From Planctomycetota bacterium (GTDB lineage: Bacteria; Planctomycetota; UBA1135; UBA2386), in assembly GCA_041398565.1 (NCBI GenBank), contig JAWKUN010000003.1:848529-912528 (forward strand): a DNA stretch of 64,000 nucleotides, in the 5' to 3' direction. Of the stretch, positions 9,862 to 20,800 are shown in pieces. Below the pieces are notes generated by a model that saw only the letters and a program-made list of their open reading frames with translations, did not search any database and had not been told where the DNA came from. Each line of letters opens with the position of its first letter. Position 1 is the stretch's first letter. A program made the translations under genes and the position numbers.

Positions 9862-10206
9862 ATGCCGCAGGATGGACAGCAGCGCGACGGCCAGCAGCAG
9901 CCAGGACCGCGTCGGGAAAACCAGACGCCGGACATGGTTCAGACGGAACAACAACAACAACAGCAGCAGGCTGGCGGCAAGCCCCAGGGTGGCGGTGAGA
10001 ATCCGCAGACGGCGGAGAACCGAGCCGCCGCCAAGCAGCAGGCCGACGACGGTAAAGAGGTCGCGGAGCGAACGCGCGAGGTGTCCGAGTGGGGCAACCT
10101 GCCGGAGTACCTCGGCGCGATCAAGCACCGTGGTGGCGTGCCGGAAGTCAGCGAGAAGTACCGCAAGCTGTACGACGCCTACCTGCGCGCTCAGGCGAAG
10201 AAGTAG
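9862..10206 (+). CDS. Gln/Gly-rich protein with a conserved-looking C-terminal WGNLPEYL...YRKLYDAYLRAQAKK motif (possibly the continuation of 9520..9822)
   Basis: Coding-like sequence in the same frame as 9520..9822. It has no signal peptide and no Shine-Dalgarno-like sequence of its own. The C-terminal 45 aa are non-repetitive and look conserved. Confidence 0.55.
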   Translation: MPQDGQQRDGQQQPGPRRENQTPDMVQTEQQQQQQQAGGKPQGGGENPQTAENRAAAKQQADDGKEVAERTREVSEWGNLPEYLGAIKHRGGVPEVSEKYRKLYDAYLRAQAKK

Positions 10207-10235
10207 ATGGGCGGGCGACGAGGCCGCCGCCCATC
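10206..10235 (+). terminator. hairpin immediately after the stop codon (9-bp stem GATGGGCGG/CCGCCCATC, 12-nt loop)
   Basis: The stem is read directly from the sequence. It lies between convergent genes and has no U-tract. Confidence 0.3.
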
Positions 10236-10354
10236 GTGCCAGCGTTGCGGCGGGTGGAGCAGGCTCCACCGCTGAACGCTGGCTGCCGACAGTTGGCGGT
10301 AGCCGGTAGGTGGCAGCGAGGTAGGCGGCAGCAGAGCAGGCTGCCGATCCGGGC

Positions 10355-12595
10355 TCAGCCGCCCAGCGACAGGGCTTGGCCGGGTCCTTCGCTCTCGTCC
10401 ATCGCCGCGCGCAAGCGCTCGGCCAGGGCGCTGTATCGCCGCATCGAGTCGGCGTTGTCGATCGCCATCTGGAGCGCGCGGGCCGAGCCGACCAGCACGA
10501 CGAGCCGGCGGCCGCGCGTGACAGCGGTGTAGAGCAGGTTGCGCTGCAGCATGACGAAGTGGTCGTTGGCCAGCGGCATCAACACCGCGGGGTACTCGCT
10601 GCCTTGCGAGCGGTGCACCGAGATGGCGTAGCCGGGGACCAGCTGGTCGAGTTCGCCCGGCGCGTAGGCGAGCGTGCGCTCGCCGAAGCGCACCTGCAAG
10701 TGGCCGTCGTCGTCGATCGCAAGCACCCGACCGGCGTCGCCGTTGAAGACCTCGCGGTCGTGGTCGTTGCGCACCTGCAGCACCTTGTCGCCGATCCGGA
10801 ACACGGTCTGTCCGCGCGTCAGCTCGGCGCCGCTCGGGTTGAGGACCCGCCGCAGCTCGAGGTTGAGCGCGTCGGCTCCGAGTTCGCCGCGGTACATCGG
10901 ACACAACACCTGGATGTCGCGGAAGGGATCCAGTCCGAAGGCTCTGGGGATGCGCTGGCCGACCATCTCGCTCAGCAGCGCGCGCGTCTGCGCCGGCGCC
11001 TGCGTCTCGACGAAGAAGAAGTCGTCGCCGTCGCGACCTCGTTCCGGTAGGTGGCCGTGCAGGATCTCGTGCGCGGCGGCGACGATCTGCGAGCAGCGTT
11101 GCTGGCGGAAGATCTCGCGCAGCGCGGTCACGGGCGGCACGCCGCTGTCGATCAGGTCGCGCAGGAAGTTGCCCGGCCCGACCGCGGGGAGCTGGTCGGC
11201 GTCGCCGACGAACACGACCCGCATGCCCGGCGGGGTGGCGCGCAGCAGCGCGTAGGCGAGCTGCACGTCGAGCATCGACGTCTCGTCGACGACGAGCATG
11301 TCGCCGGCCAGCGGCCGCTCGGCGTCGCGCTGGAAGCGGAACACCCCGGCCTGGAACTCGAGCAGCCGGTGGATGGTGGTCGCGGAGTGTCCGGTCGACT
11401 CCTCGAGGCGCTTGCTGGCGCGACCGGTGGGCGCGCACAGGTGCAGGCGCATGCGATGCTGGCCGAGGATCGCCACCAGCGCGCGCACGATGGTGGTCTT
11501 GCCCACGCCCGGGCCACCGGTGATCACCGACACCGGGCTGCCGAGAGCCGTCACCAGGGCCTGACGCTGGCCTTCGGTGAGGTGCATGCCGCTCGAGCGT
11601 GCGAAGTCGTCGACAGCGGCGCCGGCGGCGAAGGGCAAGGGCGCCGGCACCGCCGTCGCGAGCTGGTGCAGACGGCGGGCACAGCCGGTCTCGGCCAGGT
11701 GCAGGGTGCGCGGGTAGGCCCGTGGATGTCCGGATGCCGGCTCCTCGACCGTCACGCGGCCTTCGCGCACGAGCTGGGGAAGCGCGCCCTCGGCGAGCGG
11801 GACCGGCACGTCGAGAAGGTCGACCGTGGCCTGCACCAGCTCGTCGGTCGGCAAGAAGCAGTGGCCGGCGCGCGCACCCTCGCCGAGCACGAAGAGCGTG
11901 CCGGCGCGGACGCGCGAGGGCGCGTCGCGTGCGACACCGAGGCGCTGCGCCAGCTGGTCGGCGGTCTTGAAGCCGACACCGATCACCTCGTCGGCGAGGC
12001 GGTAGGGGTCGGTGGCGATGAGGGCGGCGGCGCCGCGGCCGTAGCGCTTGACGATGCGCGCCGCCAGGCCCTGCCCGAGCCCGTGGCTGCGCAGGAACAC
12101 CAGCACCTCCTGGACGTCGCGTTGCGCGCGCAGGGCGTCGACCAGGGCGGCCGCCTTCTCCTTGCCGACTCCCCGCACGTCGGCCAGGCGGTCGGGCTCG
12201 GCCTCGATGACGGCGAGCGCGTCCTGGCCGAGCGCGGCCACGATCTTCTTGGCCGTGGCGGGTCCGACCCCCTTTGCCAGGCCCGAGGAGAGGTAGGCCA
12301 CCAAGCCCTCCTCCGACCGGGGCACTTCGGCCTCCACCCGCGCCACCTCCAGCTGCGCGCCGAAGCGGGGGTGCTCCACGACCTTGCCGACGAGCCTAAG
12401 ACTCTGGCCTTCATGGAATTGAGCCAAGATGCCGACGGCAGTGCGCTGGCCGCCGCCGTCGCTCGCCAAGCGGACGACCGCGAACCCGGTCTCCTCGTTG
12501 CGGAAGGTGAACCGTGCGACCGTGCCGGTCCAAGTCACCTCCGCCGCCGCCTGGTCTGGCTTTTGTCGCACCGGCCGTTGCTCGCTGGAGGGCAC
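10355..12595 (-). CDS. recD2: RecD2-type (RecD/TraA family) ATP-dependent 5'-3' DNA helicase
   Basis: 746 aa. The N-terminal region contains helix-hairpin-helix-like repeats. Walker A is GGPGVGKTT, Walker B is MLVVDETSMLD, and there is a C-terminal SVHRSQGSEYPAV motif. Confidence 0.9.
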   Translation of the reverse strand: MPSSEQRPVRQKPDQAAAEVTWTGTVARFTFRNEETGFAVVRLASDGGGQRTAVGILAQFHEGQSLRLVGKVVEHPRFGAQLEVARVEAEVPRSEEGLVAYLSSGLAKGVGPATAKKIVAALGQDALAVIEAEPDRLADVRGVGKEKAAALVDALRAQRDVQEVLVFLRSHGLGQGLAARIVKRYGRGAAALIATDPYRLADEVIGVGFKTADQLAQRLGVARDAPSRVRAGTLFVLGEGARAGHCFLPTDELVQATVDLLDVPVPLAEGALPQLVREGRVTVEEPASGHPRAYPRTLHLAETGCARRLHQLATAVPAPLPFAAGAAVDDFARSSGMHLTEGQRQALVTALGSPVSVITGGPGVGKTTIVRALVAILGQHRMRLHLCAPTGRASKRLEESTGHSATTIHRLLEFQAGVFRFQRDAERPLAGDMLVVDETSMLDVQLAYALLRATPPGMRVVFVGDADQLPAVGPGNFLRDLIDSGVPPVTALREIFRQQRCSQIVAAAHEILHGHLPERGRDGDDFFFVETQAPAQTRALLSEMVGQRIPRAFGLDPFRDIQVLCPMYRGELGADALNLELRRVLNPSGAELTRGQTVFRIGDKVLQVRNDHDREVFNGDAGRVLAIDDDGHLQVRFGERTLAYAPGELDQLVPGYAISVHRSQGSEYPAVLMPLANDHFVMLQRNLLYTAVTRGRRLVVLVGSARALQMAIDNADSMRRYSALAERLRAAMDESEGPGQALSLGG

Positions 12596-12689
12596 AGGTT
12601 ATCGTCTCCGCCCCTCCTCACGGCCGATAGAAGTCGATCCCGGGCGACGACCGCCCGCGCCGGCGGCAACGGCCAACCCACGGCAACGC

Positions 12690-12977
12690 ATGATCAAGGT
12701 CCAGCTCCGTCCGAACGAGCCTCTCGACGCCGCGCTGCGGCGCTTCAAACGACAGTGCAACTACGCCGGCGTGTTTCGCCTGGCCAAGAAGTACACCTCG
12801 TTCGAAAAGGCCAGCGACAAGCGCCGCCGCGAGGAGCGTGAGCGGATCCGCAACATCCAGCGCGCCCAGCGCCGCATGACGCGCGTGCGCCCGCGCACGA
12901 CGCGCAAGTCGAAGGTGAAGGCGACCGCGGCCAACGAGGCGGCGGAAGAGACCGAGCTGACCACCGCCGCCGAGTGA
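12690..12977 (+). CDS. rpsU: 30S ribosomal protein S21 with a basic C-terminal extension
   Basis: MIKVQLRPNEPLDAALRRFKRQCNYAGVFRLAKKYTSFEKASDKRRRE is a typical S21 core. The ATG is at 12690. Confidence 0.85.
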   Translation: MIKVQLRPNEPLDAALRRFKRQCNYAGVFRLAKKYTSFEKASDKRRREERERIRNIQRAQRRMTRVRPRTTRKSKVKATAANEAAEETELTTAAE

Positions 12978-13008
12978 GCCTGCGCGGTCGCGGCTAGACT
13001 GACGACCT

Positions 13009-14040
13009 GTGCTCCCGCGCTTCGCCGGCCAACCGCCCAAGGACCTGTCGCGCCCGCTGCAGCGGGTCGAAGTGAGGATCGATGCGCGCCAGGACGGAGC
13101 CCGTCTCGACGTGGCGCTGCACTCGTTCTTGACCTGGCGGTCTCGCAGCAGCATCCACCGACTGATTCGCGACGGCTACGTCGAGTTGAGCGGGCGGGCG
13201 GCTCGGCCGGCGTCGCGCGTGCGGGCCGGCGAGATGGTCGTGGTGCGGGTGCCGCACAGCCCCGAACCCGATGCTTCGACGTCGCCCGACGGCTTCGACA
13301 TCCCGATCCTGTACGAGGACCGTTGGATGGTGGTGGTCGACAAGCCTGCCGGTCTCGCCGTCCATCCGGCCGGCCGCCGCGTCTACGGCACCCTCATCCA
13401 CTACCTGCACTGTCGCTACCGGCGCCCGGACGACCCGGGCCACGACGTAGTGCCGCGCCTGCTGCACCGTCTCGACCGCGAGACTTCGGGCGTGGTGGCG
13501 GCCGGCCTCGACGACGACTTCCACGCGGTGGTCGGCCGGCAGTTCGAGGAGCGGCAGGTCGAGAAGACCTACCTGGCGGTCGTGCACGGTCGCCCGCGCT
13601 CGGACGACGGTTGGATCGACGCCAGCATCGGGCCGGCGCGTAGCTCGGCGATCCGGCTGAAGCTCGAGGCGCGCGACGACAGCAGCGGGCTCCCGGCACT
13701 CACGCACTATCGAGTCCGGCACGCGCACGGTGCCTACGCTTTGGTCGAGCTGACGCCCAAGACCGGCCGTACGCATCAACTGCGCGTGCACATGGCGGCG
13801 ATCGGCTGCCCCCTCGTGGGCGACAAGGTGTACGGCGTCCCCGACGACGTGTTCTTCAGCTACCTGACCGATTCGATCAGCGACGAGCAGCGGCGCACCC
13901 TGGTGCTCGACCGTCACGCCCTGCACGCGCATCGCCTGCGCCTGTGGCACCCGCGGCGCGAGGAGGAACTCTCGCTCACGGCGCCCTTGCCGGCCGACAT
14001 GGCCGCTCTCGTCGGCCTCGCCGCGGACACCGAGCTGTAG
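13009..14040 (+). CDS. RluA-family (RluD-like) 23S rRNA pseudouridine synthase with an S4-like N-terminal domain
   Basis: The catalytic motif is HRLDRETSGVV, followed by the conserved GRTHQLRVH. The start is GTG at 13009. Confidence 0.85.
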   Translation: MLPRFAGQPPKDLSRPLQRVEVRIDARQDGARLDVALHSFLTWRSRSSIHRLIRDGYVELSGRAARPASRVRAGEMVVVRVPHSPEPDASTSPDGFDIPILYEDRWMVVVDKPAGLAVHPAGRRVYGTLIHYLHCRYRRPDDPGHDVVPRLLHRLDRETSGVVAAGLDDDFHAVVGRQFEERQVEKTYLAVVHGRPRSDDGWIDASIGPARSSAIRLKLEARDDSSGLPALTHYRVRHAHGAYALVELTPKTGRTHQLRVHMAAIGCPLVGDKVYGVPDDVFFSYLTDSISDEQRRTLVLDRHALHAHRLRLWHPRREEELSLTAPLPADMAALVGLAADTEL

Positions 14041-14144
14041 CTGCGGGCCCGATCAGCTGCGGGCCCGTTGGGGGGTGTGCGAGTTCGTCCTGCGCGCTCG
14101 CCTGGCGCCGGCGACGCACCGCCCCCGCGTCGCTGGATGCGGGT

Positions 14145-14369
14145 TTACAGACGGAGCAGGTAGGGCGTCACCAAGCGGTAGCGATCGGTGCGCAGCTGCG
14201 GGTCGGGGCTGAACGCGGTGTCGCTGGCGTCGCCACGGGGCGCCGACTGCGAATGGGGCGACGGCGCGACCGTCGAGCTATCCTCGGATGCCGGCGCCGT
14301 GTTCTCTGCAACTCGTTCCATCACGTGTTCGGCGGGCATGTCCTCGGCTCCTGCGACGTTGATCCTCAC
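14145..14369 (-). CDS. hypothetical small protein (74 aa or shorter)
   Basis: High GC3, a TAA stop and non-shadow amino-acid composition. There is no recognisable family, and the start is uncertain (internal Met codons are present). Confidence 0.3.
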   Translation of the reverse strand: MRINVAGAEDMPAEHVMERVAENTAPASEDSSTVAPSPHSQSAPRGDASDTAFSPDPQLRTDRYRLVTPYLLRL

Positions 14370-14580
14370 GGACTTCGAGCAGGCTAGCGACGGTCGGACG
14401 CCCTCACAAGCTGCGGACTCCCCCCTTTTCTCCTGTCCGCATACGCAGGCGACAAGGCACCCGCGCCCCTTGGTCGTATGGCTTCGGCTGGCGAGCCGAA
14501 GACGGCGCTCGCCTCAGAGCCTGAGAGAGAATCCTCTCGAAGGCTCTGCGCGGCCGCGTAGGCGGCCGCCAATCGGGATT

Positions 14581-14948
14581 CTGAGCTGCAAGGGCTGCGA
14601 ATCGTCGCGGCGGGCGCGAATTCGGCGGTGTTGTTCCGTTGCCACAGAGCTGACCAGGCCACGCCCGAGCAGCCCTGGAAGCTCCAAGCAACAACAGCGC
14701 CGGCGGCCCCCTCTGGTCGGCGCTGCGCCGACATCAACCCTTTGGGTTGCGGCCGCCGGCCGCGCTGAGCTGCAAGGGCTGCGAATCGTCGCGGCGGGCG
14801 CGAATTCGGCGGTGTTGTTCCGTTGCCACAGAGCTGACCAGGCCACGCCCGAGCAGCCCTGGAAGCTCCAAGCAACAACGGCGCCGGCGGCCCCCTCTGG
14901 TCGGCGCTGCGCCGACATCAACCCTTTGGGTTGCGGCCGCCGGCAGCG
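14581..14948. repeat. tandem direct repeat, 2 x 184 bp (copy 1 is 14581-14764, copy 2 is 14765-14948, 182/184 identical)
   Basis: I aligned the copies by eye and found two substitutions, at unit positions 116 and 181. The first 5 nt of a third unit follow. The units contain several perfect hairpins. Confidence 0.9.
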
Positions 14949-14979
14949 CTGAGAGGCCGTATCCTGATTCTCTCTCGGC

Positions 14980-15111
14980 CTAGCGGGCGAGAAACCAGCC
15001 CAGGAAGAGCGGCAGGAGCGACACCACCACATAGAGGGTCAAGATGGCGCGCAACTCGCGCTTCAAGCTCGGCGGCTCGGGGGCGCGCGGCGGTGCGTCG
15101 TCGGTGGTCAT
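14980..15111 (-). CDS. 43-aa single-pass membrane micropeptide, translationally coupled to the upstream gene
   Basis: MTTDDAPPRAPEPPSLKRELRAILTLYVVVSLLPLFLGWFLAR. Its ATG (15111-15109) overlaps the TGA (15110-15108) of the preceding gene as ATGA. Confidence 0.5.
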   Translation of the reverse strand: MTTDDAPPRAPEPPSLKRELRAILTLYVVVSLLPLFLGWFLAR

Positions 15112-16639
15112 GTTCGCTGTCTTCGTAGGCTTGCGTAGGCGAGGCCGGTCGCAACGAGCCCGGTTGGCAGAGCCGCGGCCAGCGGCAGCGCCGCTGCCAG
15201 CAGGCCGACGAGGGTCAGGGCGAGCGCCACGGTGAGCAGGCCGCCGAACTCGGTGCTCTCGCCGTCGGCGGTGCCGGAGAACGGGACCTCGGTCCATCTG
15301 CGCAGGGACAGGTGTGCGACGCCGACGGCGAGACCGAGAGCGAGCAGGGTCGTGGCGACGGCCGACCACCACCCGACCGTCGGTACTCCGGCCAGCAGGA
15401 GCACCGCATGCACCGGCAGCAGTACGTGTGTCGTCAGCGCGATGGCGATGCCACGGCGGATGGTGGCCGCCGGCAGGTCAGGGCTGGAGGCGAATACCCA
15501 GCGCGCGTGCGGCTCGTCGCCGACCCCGAGGAAGCCGACGAGGAAAGGCAAGTAGATGCCCGGCAGCTGGGCGGCGAGCGCGTGCAGGCGCTGAGCGGTG
15601 TTGGGGTCGCGGTCGAGGAACGCGAGAAGCCACATGCCGGCCGGCAGACCGAACAGCGGTAGGACCCGGCCGCGGAAGGCGGCGCTGCGGTAGAGCATCG
15701 CCGCGGTGAAGGCCGCGACCGCGCGGACGCGCGTGCGGTCGGCGGAGAGGTGAGCCACCATCGCCGCCAGCGGGCGGGCGCCACGCACGCGCAACGTGGT
15801 GCGGCTCTCGGCGTCGGCGGCCAAGGGCAGAGTAGCCAGCGCCAGGAGCGCCAACGTCACGAGCAGCGTGAGCAGCGCCGCGCCGTGCCCGGCGATCACA
15901 CGGCCGGCGTGGAAGGGCGGCCAGGCCTGGAGGATCGCGGCCGGAAGGGGGAGTTGCTCGGGGCCCGCGTCGAGCTGCCGCGCGCACAGCGCGAACGCGA
16001 CGAGGCCGCCGAAGAGGAGCAGCGCCTTGAGCGTGCCGCCGGCCAGCTGCGCGCGCGTCGCGCCGAAGGTGCGGTCGAACAGGCGCAGCAGCAGCGCCAG
16101 GGCGCTGGTGAAGAGGCCCGAGCAGAGGCAGGCCAGGCCCAGGTAGAGGGGAACCGTCAGTGCGCTCTGCCCCGGCAGGAAGGCGCAGAGGATGGCCGGC
16201 GGCAGCGCCATGCCGATGGTCAGGAGGCACACGTAGAAGCTCGCGTGCAGGGCGCGCGCCAGGAGCACGGTGGCGGCGGGCATGGGCGAGGTCGCGACGA
16301 GCACGCGGTCGGCGCGTGTGCGGTGTGCACCGCGGTCGTCGCCGAGGTGGCCGATGCCGACCAGCAGCGTCGACAACGACAGGTTGGCGGCGGCGAAGGC
16401 GCCGGCCGGCGTGTCGGGGAACAGCAGCGCGGCGAACACCAGGGCCAGGAACGCCTGGCCGAAGATCGTCGTCGTCAGACTGCTGCTCGGTTGGCCGCTG
16501 CGCCGACTCTCGCCGAAGAAGTCGAGGATCAGCCAGGCGTGCACGAGCGCCCGCACGCGGTTCCTGGGCAGCGCGAGCGACGTGGTGGCGAGCGAGTCGC
16601 CGGACGACACTGGCACGTCGGTGGCTCCGGCGAGTTCGG

Positions 16640-16643
<4 letters not shown>
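15108..16643 (-). CDS. polytopic inner-membrane protein (roughly 10-12 predicted TM segments), unknown family
   Basis: 511 aa with many hydrophobic Leu/Ala/Gly-rich segments separated by short Arg-containing loops. Its ATG overlaps the stop of the FIST gene as ATGA (16643-16640). Confidence 0.7.
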
Positions 16644-17875
<1,232 letters not shown>

Positions 17876-17898
17876 GCCCGGTGTTCGCTGGCCCGCCT

Positions 17899-20800
17899 TC
17901 AGGCGTCGCCCTTGGCGAGGAAGACGGCAGCCGTCGTCGGCGCCCGGGTCAACCCGAGGACCGCCTGCACGCCACGCGCGTAGGCCGCGAGTTGGGCCAC
18001 GTGTGCCTCGGGGTCGGGGTCACGGTCCGTCTTCCAGTCGAGCACGTGGACATCGCCCGCGGCGTCGGCGAACACCACGTCGACGATGCCGTGCACGACC
18101 TGGCCGTCGCCATCGCGGTAGGTGAGGGCGATCTCGCGCTCGACCCACGCCGCCGAGCGCAGGGCGGCGGCGACGTCGCCGCGATGGAAGCGCGCGAGCC
18201 AGCCGTACAACTCGTCGCGATCGGCTTCGGCGCCGCTCACCGCCGCGAGCAGGTCCGGGTCCACGTCGGTACGTTGCAGGTCGACCACGGCCAGGTAGGC
18301 GTGCGCCGCCTGCCCGCGCCGGCGGGCAGCCTCGCCCGCGACGCCGCCGGTGACCGGCCACCGACCCGGTCGATCGTCCACCGCGCTCGGTCGCAGCGAC
18401 CGCCGGCGCGCCGCCTGCGCCGCGCGCACAGCCAACGCTCGGTGCGCGGCCAACGCTTCGACCGTGCTGCCGAGATCCTCGTCGGGGCCGCTCGTCGTCG
18501 GTATCGCTTCGATCCCGGTCGGTCGCATGGGGCGCACCAACAGGCCGTTGCTGCCCACCGGCACGGAGGTCAGGTCGCGTTGCCACAGCGACTCCTGCGT
18601 GAGCTTCTCGTCGTCGTGGCCGACCAGCAGCAACCGTTCCTTGGCGCGCGTGGCGGCGACGTAGAACAGACGGCGTTCCTCGGCCTCCTGGTGTTTGCCG
18701 GCCTCGACGCGCGCCACCAGCGCCGCACGGTTCTTGCGCTCACCGACCTGCACCGCCACCAGCGCACGCCCGTCGGCAGTGAACGTGCGCTGCGCCGGGG
18801 CGCCGTCGCCGTCGGGGTCCGACGGCGGCCGGCGCGCCAGGTCGGGCACGATCACGACTTCGAACTCGAGGCCCTTGGCCGCATGCACGGTCATGATGCG
18901 CACCGCGTCGGTGTCGCGGTCGAAGAGCGGGCTCTCCTCGTCGTCGGTCTCGCGCAGCGTGCGCCGCTCGACCAGGGCTGCCGCCTCGGCCAGGTCGAGC
19001 GGGGCTGCGCGCAGCAGCTGCTGCAGCAAGCGGTCGAGGTTGGCCAGGCGCTGCGCCCCCTCGAAGCCCGAGCCCTCCACCAGCAGCAGCTCCTCGTGGC
19101 GCAGGATCGCCGGGAGCGCCTCGTGCAGCGGCTGGCCGGCGATGCGGCCGTGCAGGTCGCGCAAGAAGCGCATGCCCTCGGCCACCGCCCCCTCGCCGGC
19201 CGGCTCCTGGCGCCAATCGAAGGTCCCACCGCTCGCGCGGTGACGCAAGAGGTCTCTGTCGCTGGCGCCGCACAGCGCCGAGCGCAGCACCGCCAGGGTC
19301 GGCACCGCGTCGAACGGGCGCGCCATGGCGGCCATCAGGGCACCCGCCAGCACGATCTCGTGCCGTGAGTAGAAGCGGCGACTACCCTGCAGCACGTAGG
19401 GGATGTCGGCCTGCCGCAGCGGCCGCAACAGCCAGGTGGTGTCCGCAGCGGCGCGCAGGAGGATGGCGATGTCGCCCAGCTTCACGCCCTCTGCTTGCAG
19501 CTCGCCGATCAATCGCTGGATGGCACGTCCCTCGCGCTGGCGGCGTTCGTGCGCCTTGCCGGCGAGCGCGTCGGCTTCGAGCAACAAGAGCTCGACGCGG
19601 GCGGGGGTGCTACCGCCGCGCACCGGCACCACCGCTTCGTAGCCGAGCTGATAGGGCACGTCTTCGGTCAGGGTGTGCCGGCACGTCTCGTTGACGAAGT
19701 GGAGGATCTGTGGCCGGCTGCGGAAGTTGGCCGACAGCGCCAGGCGGCGTCCGCTGGCCACGTGCTCCACCGCACGGAAGTAGGCGCCGACGTCGGCACG
19801 CCGGAAGCGGTACACGCTCTGCTTGGCGTCACCGACGATGAACAGGCAGGGCCGCAGCGCCAGCGCGCAGGGGTCGCGGGCGGCACCGCCGGGGTCGCGC
19901 GCCGGGTCGCTCGCCAGCAGGAAGAGGACGTCGTACTGCAGCGGGTCGGTGTCCTGGAACTCGTCGACCAGGATGGTCTGGAAGCGCTGCGCCAGCTTCT
20001 TGCGCACGGCGCCGCGGTCGAGCAGCACGCGCCGCACCAGCAGCAGGAGGTCGTCGAACGACAGCTCGCCGGCGCGCGCGCGCGCCTGGCGCTGCGCGTG
20101 CAAGAACGGCAACAGGAAGGCGTGCGCCAGCGCGATCGACTCTTCGTCGGCGTCGAGCAGGCCCAGCACGTATTTGCGGTGGGCGTCGAGACCTTCGGTG
20201 GCGGCGGCGTCGCGCTGCTCGCCGAGCTCGCGCTTGCCCGCCTTCGGCGTGTTCTTGGCGAGCACGTCGGGCCGGCCCGCAGCGGCCTCGCCGCGGCGCA
20301 GGGCCGCGTACGCGGACAGCACCGCGTCGGCGCAGTCGCGCCACGCCGGCCGTGCGCCGGCGTGCGCGTCGACCAGGGCGCGCAGGTCGGCCTCGCGTGC
20401 CGGCAGGTCGTGCGGCTGGAACGGCCGCCGGAGCTCGTCCCAGGCCTCCTCGGGCATGTTCAGCAGCGCGAAGGCCAGCTCGCGCAGCTCGGCCGCGTCG
20501 AAGCGTTCGAGCGCCTCGGCGTGTTCGCCTTCGGTGGCGGGGCCGAGGAACTCGAAGAAGTCGCGGTCGAAGCGCGCGCGCACGCTCTCGTCGCTGCCGA
20601 CCTGCACGACCGCCGGCAGGTCGAGCGCAGCGGCGTGCTCCTGCAGCAGGCGCAGGCAGAAGCCGTGGAACGTCGACAGCACCAGCCGATCGACGTCGCC
20701 GAGCACGTCGCCGGCTCGCCGCACGTGCTCGGGTCCGATGCCGAGCGCCGCCAGGACGAACGCGTCGGCGGCGTCGACGGACTCGCCGGCGACGAAGGCC

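Noticed and set aside
9949-9969. The (CAA)4(CAG)3 trinucleotide run encoding poly-Gln could be a contingency repeat.
   Set aside because: Slippage of triplets keeps the frame. It lies in an obviously low-complexity linker, so at most it varies linker length.
14581-14948. Considered whether any repeat array (184-bp x2, or 12-bp x4 at 39537) is a CRISPR.
   Set aside because: There are no unique spacers between repeats, the repeat lengths are outside the CRISPR range, and there are no cas genes in the window.
14188-15032. ORFs translating the tandem repeat (the repeated peptide [37 protein letters not shown]) could be read as a repeat protein.
   Set aside because: ORFs are open in several frames and on both strands over the same DNA. 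Composition is Arg/Ser/Pro-rich, there is no start context, and the same DNA forms multiple perfect hairpins. It fits a non-coding repeat better.
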